A stretch of DNA of 64,000 nucleotides from NCBI GenBank assembly GCA_025210295.1, contig JAOASC010000031.1, positions 44,350 through 108,349 of the forward strand, read 5' to 3'. Below are positions 10,276 through 20,331 of the stretch, piece after piece. Origin of the DNA: Flavobacteriales bacterium. GTDB taxonomy: Bacteria > Bacteroidota > Bacteroidia > Flavobacteriales_D > Parvicellaceae. The notes beneath the pieces are model-generated. The model ran no database searches. It was not told the origin of the DNA and saw only the letters and a list, made by a program, of their open reading frames with translations. How positions within the stretch are numbered: position 1 is the first letter of the stretch; every line of letters starts with the position of its first letter. Both the position numbers and the translations under genes were made by a program.

Positions 10276-10773
10276 ATGAAAAGAGCAGTATTATTATTAG
10301 GAAGCAATTTAGGCAACAGAGCTTATTACATAAGCAATGCTATTCAATTACTTGCTGAAAACAGTATTAATATCGTTCAACAATCTTCGGTTTATGAAAG
10401 CCCTGCTGATGGTTACGAATCTAGCAACACTTATTATAACATTGCACTAGAAATCACAACAGATCTTTCTGATTTAGAGTTACTCCAACTTTGCTTAGAT
10501 ACAGAACAAACGCTTTCAAGAACAAGATCATTGACTCAACGATATACTGATCGGACAATTGACATTGATATCATTTTAATTGAAAACAAAAGCATTCAAA
10601 ATCAACGTTTAACTGTCCCACATCCTAGAATGCATGAACGTTTATTTTGCTTAATTCCTTTAAATGAAATTGTTCCTCATTGGAATGTCACAACTTTTCA
10701 AAAAACGGTAAAAGAACTACTCCAACAGTTAACCAATAATAACGAAATTAATCAAGTAAATGTTGAACTATAA
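10276..10773 (+). CDS. folK: 2-amino-4-hydroxy-6-hydroxymethyldihydropteridine pyrophosphokinase (HPPK)
   Basis: The motifs 'AVLLLGSNLGN', 'RTIDIDIIL' and 'LTVPHPRMHERLFCLIPLNEI' are classic HPPK. The track ORF starts at an upstream TTG (10264). The ATG at 10276 is the likelier start. Confidence 0.9.
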   Translation: MKRAVLLLGSNLGNRAYYISNAIQLLAENSINIVQQSSVYESPADGYESSNTYYNIALEITTDLSDLELLQLCLDTEQTLSRTRSLTQRYTDRTIDIDIILIENKSIQNQRLTVPHPRMHERLFCLIPLNEIVPHWNVTTFQKTVKELLQQLTNNNEINQVNVEL

Positions 10774-11386
10774 ACATATCGTAATTGAAGGGAATATTGG
10801 GGCTGGAAAAACAACTTTAGCCAATTTCATCGCTAAAGAATTTGACAGTTCTTTGTTGTTAGAAGAATTTGAAGAAAATGATTTTTTGAAAGAGTTTTAT
10901 AATAATGAAGATTTTGTTCTACATGCTGAAGTACAATTCATATTAGACAGGAGCAAACAATTATTTCAATTTCACAAACAAAAACACCAAGCTATTGTAA
11001 CTGACTATATTCCCTCTAAAAGTTTGATTTTTTCCAAAATGAACTTATCGAAAAACGACTTTAACCTTGTAGAAAATTTAGTACAATCGCTTTTCAAGAC
11101 CTTACCTCAACCTGATATTATGCTTTTTTTAGAACGCCCCGTTCAACAGCTCAAAGAAAACATCTTAAAAAGAGGACGTGAGTATGAAACAAACATCTCT
11201 AATGCCTACTTACAAAAAGTAGAAGATGCCTATACCCACTTTTTAAAACAACAACAAGAATTTCCTGTTCTTTTAATTAATGCTGATGAAATTGACTTGT
11301 CTAACCCAACTATTTTAAAAGAAAAAATTGCTAAGCTTTTACAAGCCAATTTTGAAAACAGAGTAAAGAAAGTTAGCTTACTATAA
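10760..11386 (+). CDS. Deoxynucleoside kinase (dNK family)
   Basis: A P-loop ('IVIEGNIGAGKTTL') and an ERS-type segment ('LFLERPVQQLKENILKRGREYE') are present. Confidence 0.85.
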   Translation: MLNYKHIVIEGNIGAGKTTLANFIAKEFDSSLLLEEFEENDFLKEFYNNEDFVLHAEVQFILDRSKQLFQFHKQKHQAIVTDYIPSKSLIFSKMNLSKNDFNLVENLVQSLFKTLPQPDIMLFLERPVQQLKENILKRGREYETNISNAYLQKVEDAYTHFLKQQQEFPVLLINADEIDLSNPTILKEKIAKLLQANFENRVKKVSLL

Positions 11387-11418
11387 AGCTCCTTGTCTGA
11401 TTATTTGACTTAAAACAA

Positions 11419-14298
11419 CTATTTTACCCAAACTCTCAAGACCTTACTAAAGTTAGCATTGCCAACTCTAATTAAATAATACCCTACTGCTTCTTGACTT
11501 AAATCTAGGTTCCATTTATTTTGAGCATCAAATTCAGCTGCTTCTATTTTTTGACCTATCGAATTATGAACTTCAAGCTTTACTTCTTCACCTTGTAAGT
11601 GCTTCACGGTGATCTCAAACTGATTATTTGTTTTACTAAGTGCTTCAACAGCAACGTTTTTATATTTTTCATCAATTCCGGTAAAAGGAATAATATTCAC
11701 AAAATAATCTTCTGTTTCCCCGTACGAAACATCTGAACATCCATCTATGACATCTGCTTTCCAATTGGTTCGTATTCGCATTAAGTGCTCACCTAAATTG
11801 GCATTAGCGGGAATAGCTAATGCAACACTATGAATAGAGGTTCCAAAATTTGTATTCGTAATTAATCGCTCAGAGGTTTCGAATTCAAAGTTATCATTAA
11901 AATCAATCCAAACAGTTCCTCTTTGATTTGAATAACCTGATTGTAACTTTAAGTTATAGCTGGCTCCATTTTCTAGGTTTACAGCTCCTAAATGTGTATA
12001 ATCTCCATATCCATTGCCCGAACAGGCTGTATTATTTTCCAATGTTTCTAATTCAACTTTAATTAACCCGTCTCCTGAAGAACAGTTAGCTTCTGGCATA
12101 CATATTTCATGTTCCACCAAATGGATTGTGGTATCATTCAACAAATCTAAATCTCCAGGCAATCCAGTATAGGATAAAATGGTATAACTTCCTAGTTGAC
12201 TTAAATTTGCTGTAGTTGTAAACGAATAAGTTGTTGTTGCACCAGGTGCTAGCGTCCCATTATATACCTCATTAACAACACTCCCTTGGTTAATTTGATA
12301 ATGAATAGGAAAATTGGACTGTGATGCTAAACCAAAGTTTTCAAGAGCAACAGTTACTGTTTCATTAGCTCCTAATGTTGGATCAGAAGCAGGCGATATA
12401 ATCGTTGTCACTCCCACATCATTTTGTCCTATATGTTCTAGTTGATAAGAAATTGTATCATTATGACGTGCCTGATCATTAACCAAATCGGTATAAGCCA
12501 CAATAGTGTATGCTCCTATATTAGAAAAGTCGCCTGTTGCATTAAAAGTATAAGAAGTACTGCTTCCTGCAGCTAAAGTACCTGCATAAGTTTCTGTAAT
12601 TAGACTCCCTCCGTCTATTTGATAGGAAACAGGAAAATTGGACTGAGGATTGAGCCCATAGTTATTAATCGTAACGGTAACTTGTTCACTTCCAGACAAT
12701 CCTCCACTAGACGGACTTGTTACGGCAGATATACCAATATCATCATCTGAATCATTGGCAATTTTAAAAGATGCTATTCTTGTTTTCCAACCATTTGAAA
12801 TGTATTCTCCAGTAAACCAAAAAGTAGCATCATCGGTAGGGTCAATTGTCATTTGCGCATAATCTCCAAAGCGATTAACCCCTGTTTGTGAAGAAGTCCC
12901 ATTAACGATAACTCCCTCATTTAATGTCATCTGTCCTAAAGGATCGGTTGCATACCTACCTGTATACCTTAATGACGGGAAAGTTGTTGCTCCAGATACA
13001 GCGTATGCCAAACCGATATTCCCTTGGTAATCCATTGCTATACTTCCCATCCATCTATTTTCTGTATCTGGACTAAAGGTACCCTCTTGATGAAGTGTCC
13101 AGGGGCCAGTTCCTGATTGCCTTAGTTCATACCAACGAATTCCTGCTAGGTTAGCTCCATTCACATCTACCGTATGGTTTAAGACAATCGCATTGTAATT
13201 ATTAAAAGATCGATAATGCCCCATATACATTAAAGCTCCAGGTACAGCATCTATTTTTGAACTTGTCCCGGGCTGAGTAATATCGTTCCAATTGGCATCA
13301 AATTCACTATCAAATGGAGTTACATTTAATACTTGAGGAGCGGAAATAGAAGAGTTAGTTGGTGTAGCCCAATCTACACTTACTTCCCATATTTTTAAAT
13401 TATCGGTCCCTCCTGCCCAAGCATCATCCTGAAAATAAAACAGATAATTAGGTGTTCCTACTGCTGGAAGTGTAGAGCTCGCCGTAGCAGGTAAAACACT
13501 AAAAAAACCAGGTGTAGATAAAGATGGGATTGTAAAACCTATTATTTGAGCTGAAGGATCTCCTAATAACATTTTATCCCGCTCCATCACAAAAGTATTT
13601 TCTCCAGATTTATTTGCTGTTAAATAATACCCGTCGGACCAAATTGAATACTTAGGATAATCTGGAAATGAACCTAAATCAAACTCATATAAATAATAAG
13701 CACCTAATGGATCTGCCGTTTGAGAAACTGCAACAAAAACTTCTCCCATAGGATAACCTTTAAACTGGCTTAAAAACCATCGATCAGCATATTTATCGTA
13801 CATCACAATAGGATCTCCAGCATTACCTCCACCAAGCAAAGACCCTAAAGTGGCTGGTGCTGATAACGCATTTCCATTTTTATCAAAAACGCGATACACG
13901 GCATTTACCATTTGAACATAATGGTCAGTTCCTACAGCTCCACTGGGATCTGGGGGAACAGCTCCTCCACTTTGCGCATTTCCGAGCCCTTCCCAATTCA
14001 TAATAGGAGCTTTATTGGGGTGAGATGATTTTTGATTACCAACTAGTGGGTCTCCTCCTTTGGGGAGTGCATGTTCTGAATTAGTAAACTTGTTTCTCCT
14101 CATTTTATTTCGAACCACATGTGTCTTACCGTCTTCATTTAATGGCAAGATCGGCTCATCAAAAACTGGGGTTACCACACTCATTTTCTTCGCTTTTATC
14201 ACAAAACTAAATGAGCTGTCTATTGCTTTATCATGCTGAGCACTCACAAAAGCACTCAATAAAATAAATAGAATTGCTAGGTTGTTTTTAACTTTCAT
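11419..14298 (-). CDS. T9SS-secreted large protein with two CARDB-like domains, a GEVED domain and a type-A Por C-terminal sorting domain
   Basis: A signal peptide is present. Two paralogous segments of about 80 aa ('VTVTINNYGLNPQSNFPVSYQIDGGS..' and 'VTVALENFGLASQSNFPIHYQINQGS..') look like CARDB domains. The GEVED motif ('CSDVSYGETEDYFVNI') is present. The C-terminus ('YYLIRVGNANFSKVLRVWVK') is a type-A CTD. Confidence 0.75.
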   Translation of the reverse strand: MKVKNNLAILFILLSAFVSAQHDKAIDSSFSFVIKAKKMSVVTPVFDEPILPLNEDGKTHVVRNKMRRNKFTNSEHALPKGGDPLVGNQKSSHPNKAPIMNWEGLGNAQSGGAVPPDPSGAVGTDHYVQMVNAVYRVFDKNGNALSAPATLGSLLGGGNAGDPIVMYDKYADRWFLSQFKGYPMGEVFVAVSQTADPLGAYYLYEFDLGSFPDYPKYSIWSDGYYLTANKSGENTFVMERDKMLLGDPSAQIIGFTIPSLSTPGFFSVLPATASSTLPAVGTPNYLFYFQDDAWAGGTDNLKIWEVSVDWATPTNSSISAPQVLNVTPFDSEFDANWNDITQPGTSSKIDAVPGALMYMGHYRSFNNYNAIVLNHTVDVNGANLAGIRWYELRQSGTGPWTLHQEGTFSPDTENRWMGSIAMDYQGNIGLAYAVSGATTFPSLRYTGRYATDPLGQMTLNEGVIVNGTSSQTGVNRFGDYAQMTIDPTDDATFWFTGEYISNGWKTRIASFKIANDSDDDIGISAVTSPSSGGLSGSEQVTVTINNYGLNPQSNFPVSYQIDGGSLITETYAGTLAAGSSTSYTFNATGDFSNIGAYTIVAYTDLVNDQARHNDTISYQLEHIGQNDVGVTTIISPASDPTLGANETVTVALENFGLASQSNFPIHYQINQGSVVNEVYNGTLAPGATTTYSFTTTANLSQLGSYTILSYTGLPGDLDLLNDTTIHLVEHEICMPEANCSSGDGLIKVELETLENNTACSGNGYGDYTHLGAVNLENGASYNLKLQSGYSNQRGTVWIDFNDNFEFETSERLITNTNFGTSIHSVALAIPANANLGEHLMRIRTNWKADVIDGCSDVSYGETEDYFVNIIPFTGIDEKYKNVAVEALSKTNNQFEITVKHLQGEEVKLEVHNSIGQKIEAAEFDAQNKWNLDLSQEAVGYYLIRVGNANFSKVLRVWVK

Positions 14299-14434
14299 TT
14301 TTTCGTCTTTTACTAGTCTTAACTTCAGTATTTATACTTAAAATTTATGTGAATATACAAAATACAGATTTTGGACATCGATTATAAAATAAGTATTATT
14401 GTAATCCTATATTATAATAATAGTTGCCTAACAA

Positions 14435-16369
14435 ATGAAGTTATTTTGTCTCATACTACTTGCAATATTAATCCCTACCTCTTACTTGGGGCAAAACTTA
14501 ATCCCTAAGCAAAAGAAAAAGAAGTGGGGGTTTGTTGACAAAAATGATGAGTGGGTAATCAAACCAAAATTTCATGAAGTCAAGAAATTTAGTGAGGGCT
14601 ATGCTTGTGTAAGAGTTAAAAACAAGTGGGGCTATATTGATCGCTATGGAAAAAAAATAACCCCACTCAAATATTCAGCAGCTATCCCTTTTGCAAATGG
14701 TTTAGCCGCAGTCAGATCTTCCGCTCCTCTTCCCGGCAATACAAGGGCCAACAACAATCAATACAAATGGGGCTATATTGATATTACGGGGACTATTGTA
14801 ATTCCTTTAAGCTTTAGATTTGCTCATTCATTCGACTCAAAAGGCAGAGCTTTAGTTGAATTGTTTAAATTAAAAAAAGGAGAAACTTTTTGGATTGATA
14901 AATCAGGGCAAGCAATATCACCTCCATTTATTGAAAAAATTAAAGTTGGTAAACATTATAAAATCATTAACCAACGAAATGGAAAAGAAAAAGTATACCG
15001 CTACATAAAAGAAACTGGAACACCGATTACTGAATGGTATTTAAATGACTTTGCCTTAACAGGTGATTTAATCAAAGTTTGGTTACCGTCTAATCCAGAA
15101 AATGACACCATTGAAACCAATGCTTTTAAGGGAAACAGTAAAAAGAAGTTATGCGCTTATATGGATCAAAACGGAACTATCTTGAGTGATTGGTATTCAG
15201 AAATTAAGTCGTTTAAGAATGGGTATGCTCCTGTGAGGCACCATCACCTTTATGGTTTTATTGATCGTTCGTTTAACTTAACTCAAAAACCTCTATATAG
15301 AGAAATTAGTTTAATTAACGACAGCACTTACAAAGCGCAAATTGAATATGGAAAATCGGTATTACTTAATATAAAAGGAGTAGAAAAAAGCCTCTACTGC
15401 CATGAGTTTGAACTATACGCTGATGATTTCTTCTTAGGGGTTCACCAATTAAAATCAAGCTATAGAAACGAAACGAAATATGCTGTTTTTTCGGCGTATG
15501 GAAAACAGATTACAGGATGGTACAATAAAGTTAACGATATACACAACAACATTATTCGAGTGGAAGATGATCGCCCTCAATACATTGATAATAAACTTAA
15601 ATACATTGCTAAATACAATTATGTGAGCCTCACTTCTGGAGAATTAATTTCTGACTGGAGACCAGCATCCCATATCAAATGGCAAAATAAGCCACCAAAA
15701 GATAGTCTGTTAAGCTACTTATTTATGACTAATCCTATCATTGAATTAGACCATCATTTCTTTGAAAAAATGTTTGTTAAGGAATTCGATCTCGATCACC
15801 GAGGCAAAAAAATCACATTTAGTGGAGGAGATTTCCATAACGGAATGGCATTGGTTGCGCTCACTACTGTTGAAAAAGAAACACAACATCACAAAATTAC
15901 CACTACCTCTAATTGTAGTAAATATGGTTATATAGATTGGAATGGTGATTTGATTATCCCATATAAGTATGAAGAAGCAGGAGCTTTTAGAGATGAATAT
16001 GCCGTTATTCGAAAAAATGGAAAATATGGAGCAATTAATAGTAAAGGGAAAAAAGTTATTCCTGAAAAATATAATCTATTGGGAGCTTATGGTAGTGGTT
16101 TATTTCCTTTTCTAGACAAAGAGGGAAAATGGGGCTATATTAACAGATCCAACAGAATTCAAATCAATCCAATATTTGATAATGCGCAGCCATTTTCTTA
16201 CGGATATGCCTCTGTAAAAAAAGGAAGATATTGGGGGTTGATTGATGTAATGGGTAAAGAAATTATGCCATTTAATTATCAAAAACCTATCGTAGTTATT
16301 TCTCCTAAAAAGGTAAAATACTTAGAGAGTGGAGTTGGGTATATTGAAAAAAACATTAATGAATTATAA
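14435..16369 (+). CDS. Secreted WG-repeat (KWG) protein
   Basis: A signal peptide is followed by more than 10 repeats of the 'KWGYIDxxGkxvIpxkY' type. Confidence 0.7.
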   Translation: MKLFCLILLAILIPTSYLGQNLIPKQKKKKWGFVDKNDEWVIKPKFHEVKKFSEGYACVRVKNKWGYIDRYGKKITPLKYSAAIPFANGLAAVRSSAPLPGNTRANNNQYKWGYIDITGTIVIPLSFRFAHSFDSKGRALVELFKLKKGETFWIDKSGQAISPPFIEKIKVGKHYKIINQRNGKEKVYRYIKETGTPITEWYLNDFALTGDLIKVWLPSNPENDTIETNAFKGNSKKKLCAYMDQNGTILSDWYSEIKSFKNGYAPVRHHHLYGFIDRSFNLTQKPLYREISLINDSTYKAQIEYGKSVLLNIKGVEKSLYCHEFELYADDFFLGVHQLKSSYRNETKYAVFSAYGKQITGWYNKVNDIHNNIIRVEDDRPQYIDNKLKYIAKYNYVSLTSGELISDWRPASHIKWQNKPPKDSLLSYLFMTNPIIELDHHFFEKMFVKEFDLDHRGKKITFSGGDFHNGMALVALTTVEKETQHHKITTTSNCSKYGYIDWNGDLIIPYKYEEAGAFRDEYAVIRKNGKYGAINSKGKKVIPEKYNLLGAYGSGLFPFLDKEGKWGYINRSNRIQINPIFDNAQPFSYGYASVKKGRYWGLIDVMGKEIMPFNYQKPIVVISPKKVKYLESGVGYIEKNINEL

Positions 16370-16373
16370 CGCA

Positions 16374-16412
16374 TAAAAAAAGCAGTATACAAGGTATACT
16401 GCTTTTTTATTT
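16374..16412. terminator. Bidirectional rho-independent terminator between the WG-repeat gene and nrdA(i)
   Basis: A perfect 10-bp stem (AGCAGTATAC / GTATACTGCT) has an A-run upstream and 'TTTTTTATTTT' downstream. Confidence 0.6.
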
Positions 16413-16427
16413 TCTTGTTGCTATTGG

Positions 16428-18188
16428 TTATCCCTCACAGCTTAGACACTCTTTCTTTTGTTTAAATTTTTGAGCGGCATTCATACTGTGTTGGTAATAC
16501 ATTGATTTTAACCCTAATTTCCAAGCAGTCACATAAATACTATTTACTTCTTTAATTGGCATATCAGGATGAACCATAATGTTAACTGATTGTCCTTGAT
16601 CAATAAACTCTTGTCTACTAGAAGCTTGATATACGATCACTTTTTGATCTATTTCAGAATACGTTTTAAAAACATTTCTCTCATGCTCAGACAAGAAAGT
16701 TAAATGACTAACAGACCCATCGTTATCACGAATACTCTTCCATACATCATCTGTATTTCTTCCTTTTTCTTCAAGAAGTGTTACCAAAAATGGATTCTTA
16801 ATTGTTGTCTTTATTTTAGCAATATCTTTCACATAATTATTCGACCAAATTGGTTCAATTCCTTGTGAAACTTGCCCTAAAATAAAAGCAGAAGATGTTG
16901 TAGGAGCAATTGCATTCAATGTTGCGTTACGTCTTCCATAACCTTTCATCACCTTTGGCTCTCCATAAAGTTTTGCCAATTCTTCAGATGCCTTATAAGA
17001 CTTCTCTTTGATTGTTTTAAAAATCTCATTGTTTAAATAGTAAGCCTCTTGATCATCAAAAGCGATCATTTTAGATTGCAATAAAGAGTGCCATCCTAAT
17101 GCTCCTAAACCTAATGCTCTATTGTCTTTAGCAAAGTTATAGGCTTTTTCCATAAACCTGAATGTTAACTGATCATCCTTATCACTAGAATCTCTGAAAA
17201 CCTCTAACTTTTGGATAAACTCTTCCATTACCGCATCCAAAAAGTAAGTCAATGTTTCTACTGCATCTGTATCTTTCCATTTATCGTAATGCAATAAGTT
17301 AATTGATGAAAGACAGCAAACAAAAGACCATTCCTCATTAGTTGGTAACATGATTTCAGTACATAAGTTACTTCCGTAAATCTCTAAATTTTTATCTTTA
17401 TAGACATCAACAGTTCCATTATTAGCATGATCTTTAAAGAAGATATATGGATATCCTATCTCTCCTCTTCTTTGTAAAACTTTTGCCCAGATATTTCTCT
17501 TCTCAGCATCTCCATCAATCATTTCTTGCATCCACTGATCACCTACAGTAACACCATGTGTCAACTCTTGAATAGGGTTTCCTTCTGTTCCGATTTCTAA
17601 GAACTCTTCGATATCCTCATGATCGATCGGTAAATACGGAGCAAAACGTCCTCTTCTTACAGAACCTTGACTAACTACATCAACCATCTTTTCAAACAGT
17701 TGCATAATATGAACTGATCCAGAAGAAACACCATTATTTTTTACTTCAGCTCCTCTTGGTCTCAATTTTCCAAAGTAACCAGATGTTCCTCCTCCTAATT
17801 TAGACATCATTCCTACTTCTGACTGACTATAAAGGATATCTCCCATATCATCAGCAACATGAGATCCAAAACAACTAATTGGTAACCCTCTCTTTTTTCC
17901 AAAGTTAGACCAAACTGGAGATGCTAAAGAATAATACCCCTCTTCCATGTAATGGTAAAATTTCTTCGCAAAACCATCTATCTTCAAAATGTTTTCTGCA
18001 TTTTGAGCGATCTCCATGATTCTTTCTTCAGGTGAAACCCCTTCAGTTAAATAACCAGAACTCAAAAACTTACGGCTGTTCTCTGTCAACCAAGCTATAT
18101 TCTTTAATTCGCTATTATTACTTATACCTTCTTTTCTTGCCTGAACTAATTGCTCATAGCTAGATGTCTTCGTCGTTTCGTTGTTCAT
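16428..18188 (-). CDS. nrdA: Ribonucleoside-diphosphate reductase alpha subunit, short form lacking the ATP-cone (NrdAi-like)
   Basis: The catalytic motif 'GSNLCTEIMLP' and a C-terminal 'CLSCEG' are present. At 586 aa there is no N-terminal ATP-cone. The gene lies immediately downstream of a beta-subunit gene that carries one. Confidence 0.85.
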   Translation of the reverse strand: MNNETTKTSSYEQLVQARKEGISNNSELKNIAWLTENSRKFLSSGYLTEGVSPEERIMEIAQNAENILKIDGFAKKFYHYMEEGYYSLASPVWSNFGKKRGLPISCFGSHVADDMGDILYSQSEVGMMSKLGGGTSGYFGKLRPRGAEVKNNGVSSGSVHIMQLFEKMVDVVSQGSVRRGRFAPYLPIDHEDIEEFLEIGTEGNPIQELTHGVTVGDQWMQEMIDGDAEKRNIWAKVLQRRGEIGYPYIFFKDHANNGTVDVYKDKNLEIYGSNLCTEIMLPTNEEWSFVCCLSSINLLHYDKWKDTDAVETLTYFLDAVMEEFIQKLEVFRDSSDKDDQLTFRFMEKAYNFAKDNRALGLGALGWHSLLQSKMIAFDDQEAYYLNNEIFKTIKEKSYKASEELAKLYGEPKVMKGYGRRNATLNAIAPTTSSAFILGQVSQGIEPIWSNNYVKDIAKIKTTIKNPFLVTLLEEKGRNTDDVWKSIRDNDGSVSHLTFLSEHERNVFKTYSEIDQKVIVYQASSRQEFIDQGQSVNIMVHPDMPIKEVNSIYVTAWKLGLKSMYYQHSMNAAQKFKQKKECLSCEG

Positions 18189-18191
18189 ATA

Positions 18192-19466
18192 TTAAAATAA
18201 ATCGTCTCCAGTTATACTTTTTGTTCTTTTACTATAGTTAATTGACCTTTTCACAAAAAAGTCCCCATGTTTAGTTGCAATGATTTCGTCATCAAACCAC
18301 TCTGTCTCTGCAACAAGGTCTTTATCTACCTCAAATATTTTTTCAATTCCTATACTCTCTAATGAATTATTAAACCTGTTTTTAATAAACTCATTAATCA
18401 CATTTTTAGGTAAGAAATCTAACTCTCCTTTCTCAAAAATCCAATCCACAATCTTACTTTCAGATTCAAAAGCTTCTTTACACATCTCTTGAACCATTTG
18501 GCTGTGTTGCTCATCAAACCAAGATGGATTTTCCCTCTTTATAATATTGATGATATCAATTCCAAAGTCTCCATGTATTTGTTCCTCTTTTGATGTTGCT
18601 TCTACAACATTTGAAATCCCTTTAAATAAGTTTCTATGCTTATTAAAAGACATGATTATCAAAAACTGCGAGAATAAAGAAACATGTTCGATAAACAATG
18701 AGAATAGCAAAATAGATTCAGCATATTCCTTGTTATCATCACTCTTAGCGTTTTTCAATGCACTTTCTAAGTACTGTACCCGTTTCATAATAACGGGCTT
18801 TTTCTTTAAGTTTTTAAACTCATTATTCAACCCTAATATCTCTAACAAGTGAGAATAAGCGTCCTGATGTCTAACTTCACTTTCTGCAAAAGTTGCTCCC
18901 ACTGAACCAATTTCAGGCTTTGGCATTTTCTGGTAAATATCTCCCCAGAATGTTTTAACCGCTACTTCTATTTGTGAGATTGCCAACATGGTGTTTTTCA
19001 ACGCATTTTTTTCAGTCTCTGTTAATGCTGTTTTATAATCTTGAATATCACTAGTAAAGTTAAACTCTGTATGAATCCAGTAAGAATGTCTTATTGCATC
19101 AACATACTCATTCAGTTCTGGGTATTCGTAAGGTTTAAGGTTAATACGCTTCTCAAAAATATTAGACTGACGGTTTCTTGCCTGTTCTACACGATATAGA
19201 ATATAAGCCTTAGCAACATTATGAAATGGGCTATCCATTAACTTATCCTCAACAATATCCTGTATTTGTTCTACCGTTGGTGTATACGAGTTATCGCTTA
19301 ATTTTCTTTCAAGCAATACGCCTAATACAATTTGAGCAATCCCCTCGGCATCTTCTCTTGACCCCTCTCCGACAGATTGCATCGCTTTATCGATAGCTTC
19401 TGTTATATTGGCAATTGAGAATGGTACAATCTCGTTATCTCTCTTTATTATCTGTGTAATTTGCAT
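18192..19466 (-). CDS. nrdB: Ribonucleotide reductase beta subunit (ferritin-like R2) with an N-terminal ATP-cone fusion (NrdBi-like)
   Basis: The first 95 aa or so ('IIKRDNEIVPFSIANITEAIDKA...') match the ATP-cone pattern. The remainder is R2-like, with metal ligands of the 'FAESEVRHQDAY' and 'LFSLFIEHVSLFSQF' type. Confidence 0.8.
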   Translation of the reverse strand: MQITQIIKRDNEIVPFSIANITEAIDKAMQSVGEGSREDAEGIAQIVLGVLLERKLSDNSYTPTVEQIQDIVEDKLMDSPFHNVAKAYILYRVEQARNRQSNIFEKRINLKPYEYPELNEYVDAIRHSYWIHTEFNFTSDIQDYKTALTETEKNALKNTMLAISQIEVAVKTFWGDIYQKMPKPEIGSVGATFAESEVRHQDAYSHLLEILGLNNEFKNLKKKPVIMKRVQYLESALKNAKSDDNKEYAESILLFSLFIEHVSLFSQFLIIMSFNKHRNLFKGISNVVEATSKEEQIHGDFGIDIINIIKRENPSWFDEQHSQMVQEMCKEAFESESKIVDWIFEKGELDFLPKNVINEFIKNRFNNSLESIGIEKIFEVDKDLVAETEWFDDEIIATKHGDFFVKRSINYSKRTKSITGDDLF

Positions 19467-20331
19467 AGTAGGTAGATACTAATATTATATAAAATCCTTG
19501 TGAAAAATCGTGAATACAAATTAAGAGAATTTCAACCTAAAAGTAAAGGGTGATTCATAAAAGATATGAGAATGTTTTTAACAATTTGTTGGTTAGAAAA
19601 AAGAACATTTAACAAAGCCTTAAAAAATATTTCACACGGTCTTAACAAGTGATAAAATAGCTAAAAGCGTCCTTGATCAAGTATCAATGTTAACAAAAGG
19701 CACAAACAAAACAAAAAACAACACAACGCATTGATAGACAGTATTTTAAACCAGCAAAAAACATACTATTAACAAAGAAAAAATTACTTCAACATTGCTG
19801 TTAATAACTAATTATTGGTATAACTTTTTTTTCTCTTGTCATATTCCTTATTTTTTACTAAACAGTCCTAATATAAAAGCCTAAAAAACGATTACATCAC
19901 TTCCTCTAAACATTCATTTTAAGTATTTTATTTTTAGGTATTAAAAACAACAAAATATTATTTTATTTTTTAGTTACAATTCAAAAAAATCATCTTAAAA
20001 AAACTTGATTTTCGGAAAAAAAATTACTGGTTTAATTTTTATCTACATTTTGGTGTGAAAAAACAAAATAGCCAGCGATAACAATCATCATTTTTCTTTC
20101 TTAAATTTATTAACGCAAAGATAATCAACTCCTTAACAAGAACGCTCTAAACAACCTGTCTTAGAAGAAAAGAAAGCTGAACACTCTTGTTAATAACATA
20201 AAAATAATGTGAACTCTTTTGCCTTGACTTATGGAAGTTTTTTTTGAATTTTTGTAGCCCTTAAATGACGAAAAACACCCCATCTATTAAACGAGACAGA
20301 ATTAATAAACAAATATTAAAGACGATAAAAT
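19467..20331. promoter_or_regulatory. 865-bp AT-rich divergent control region between the two RNR operons
   Basis: No ORF is present. The region is A-rich with TTAACAAG-like repeats (19641, 20133), an inverted copy TCTTGTTAA near 20185, and TTGTTAATAAC motifs. Its function was not determined. Confidence 0.3.

Noticed and set aside
19467-20331. Cobalamin riboswitch or NrdR box upstream of the nrd operons
   Set aside because: I searched by eye for the B12-box (GCCACTG-like) and for 16-bp NrdR-type palindromes and recognised neither. Only the TTAACAAG-type repeats are reported.
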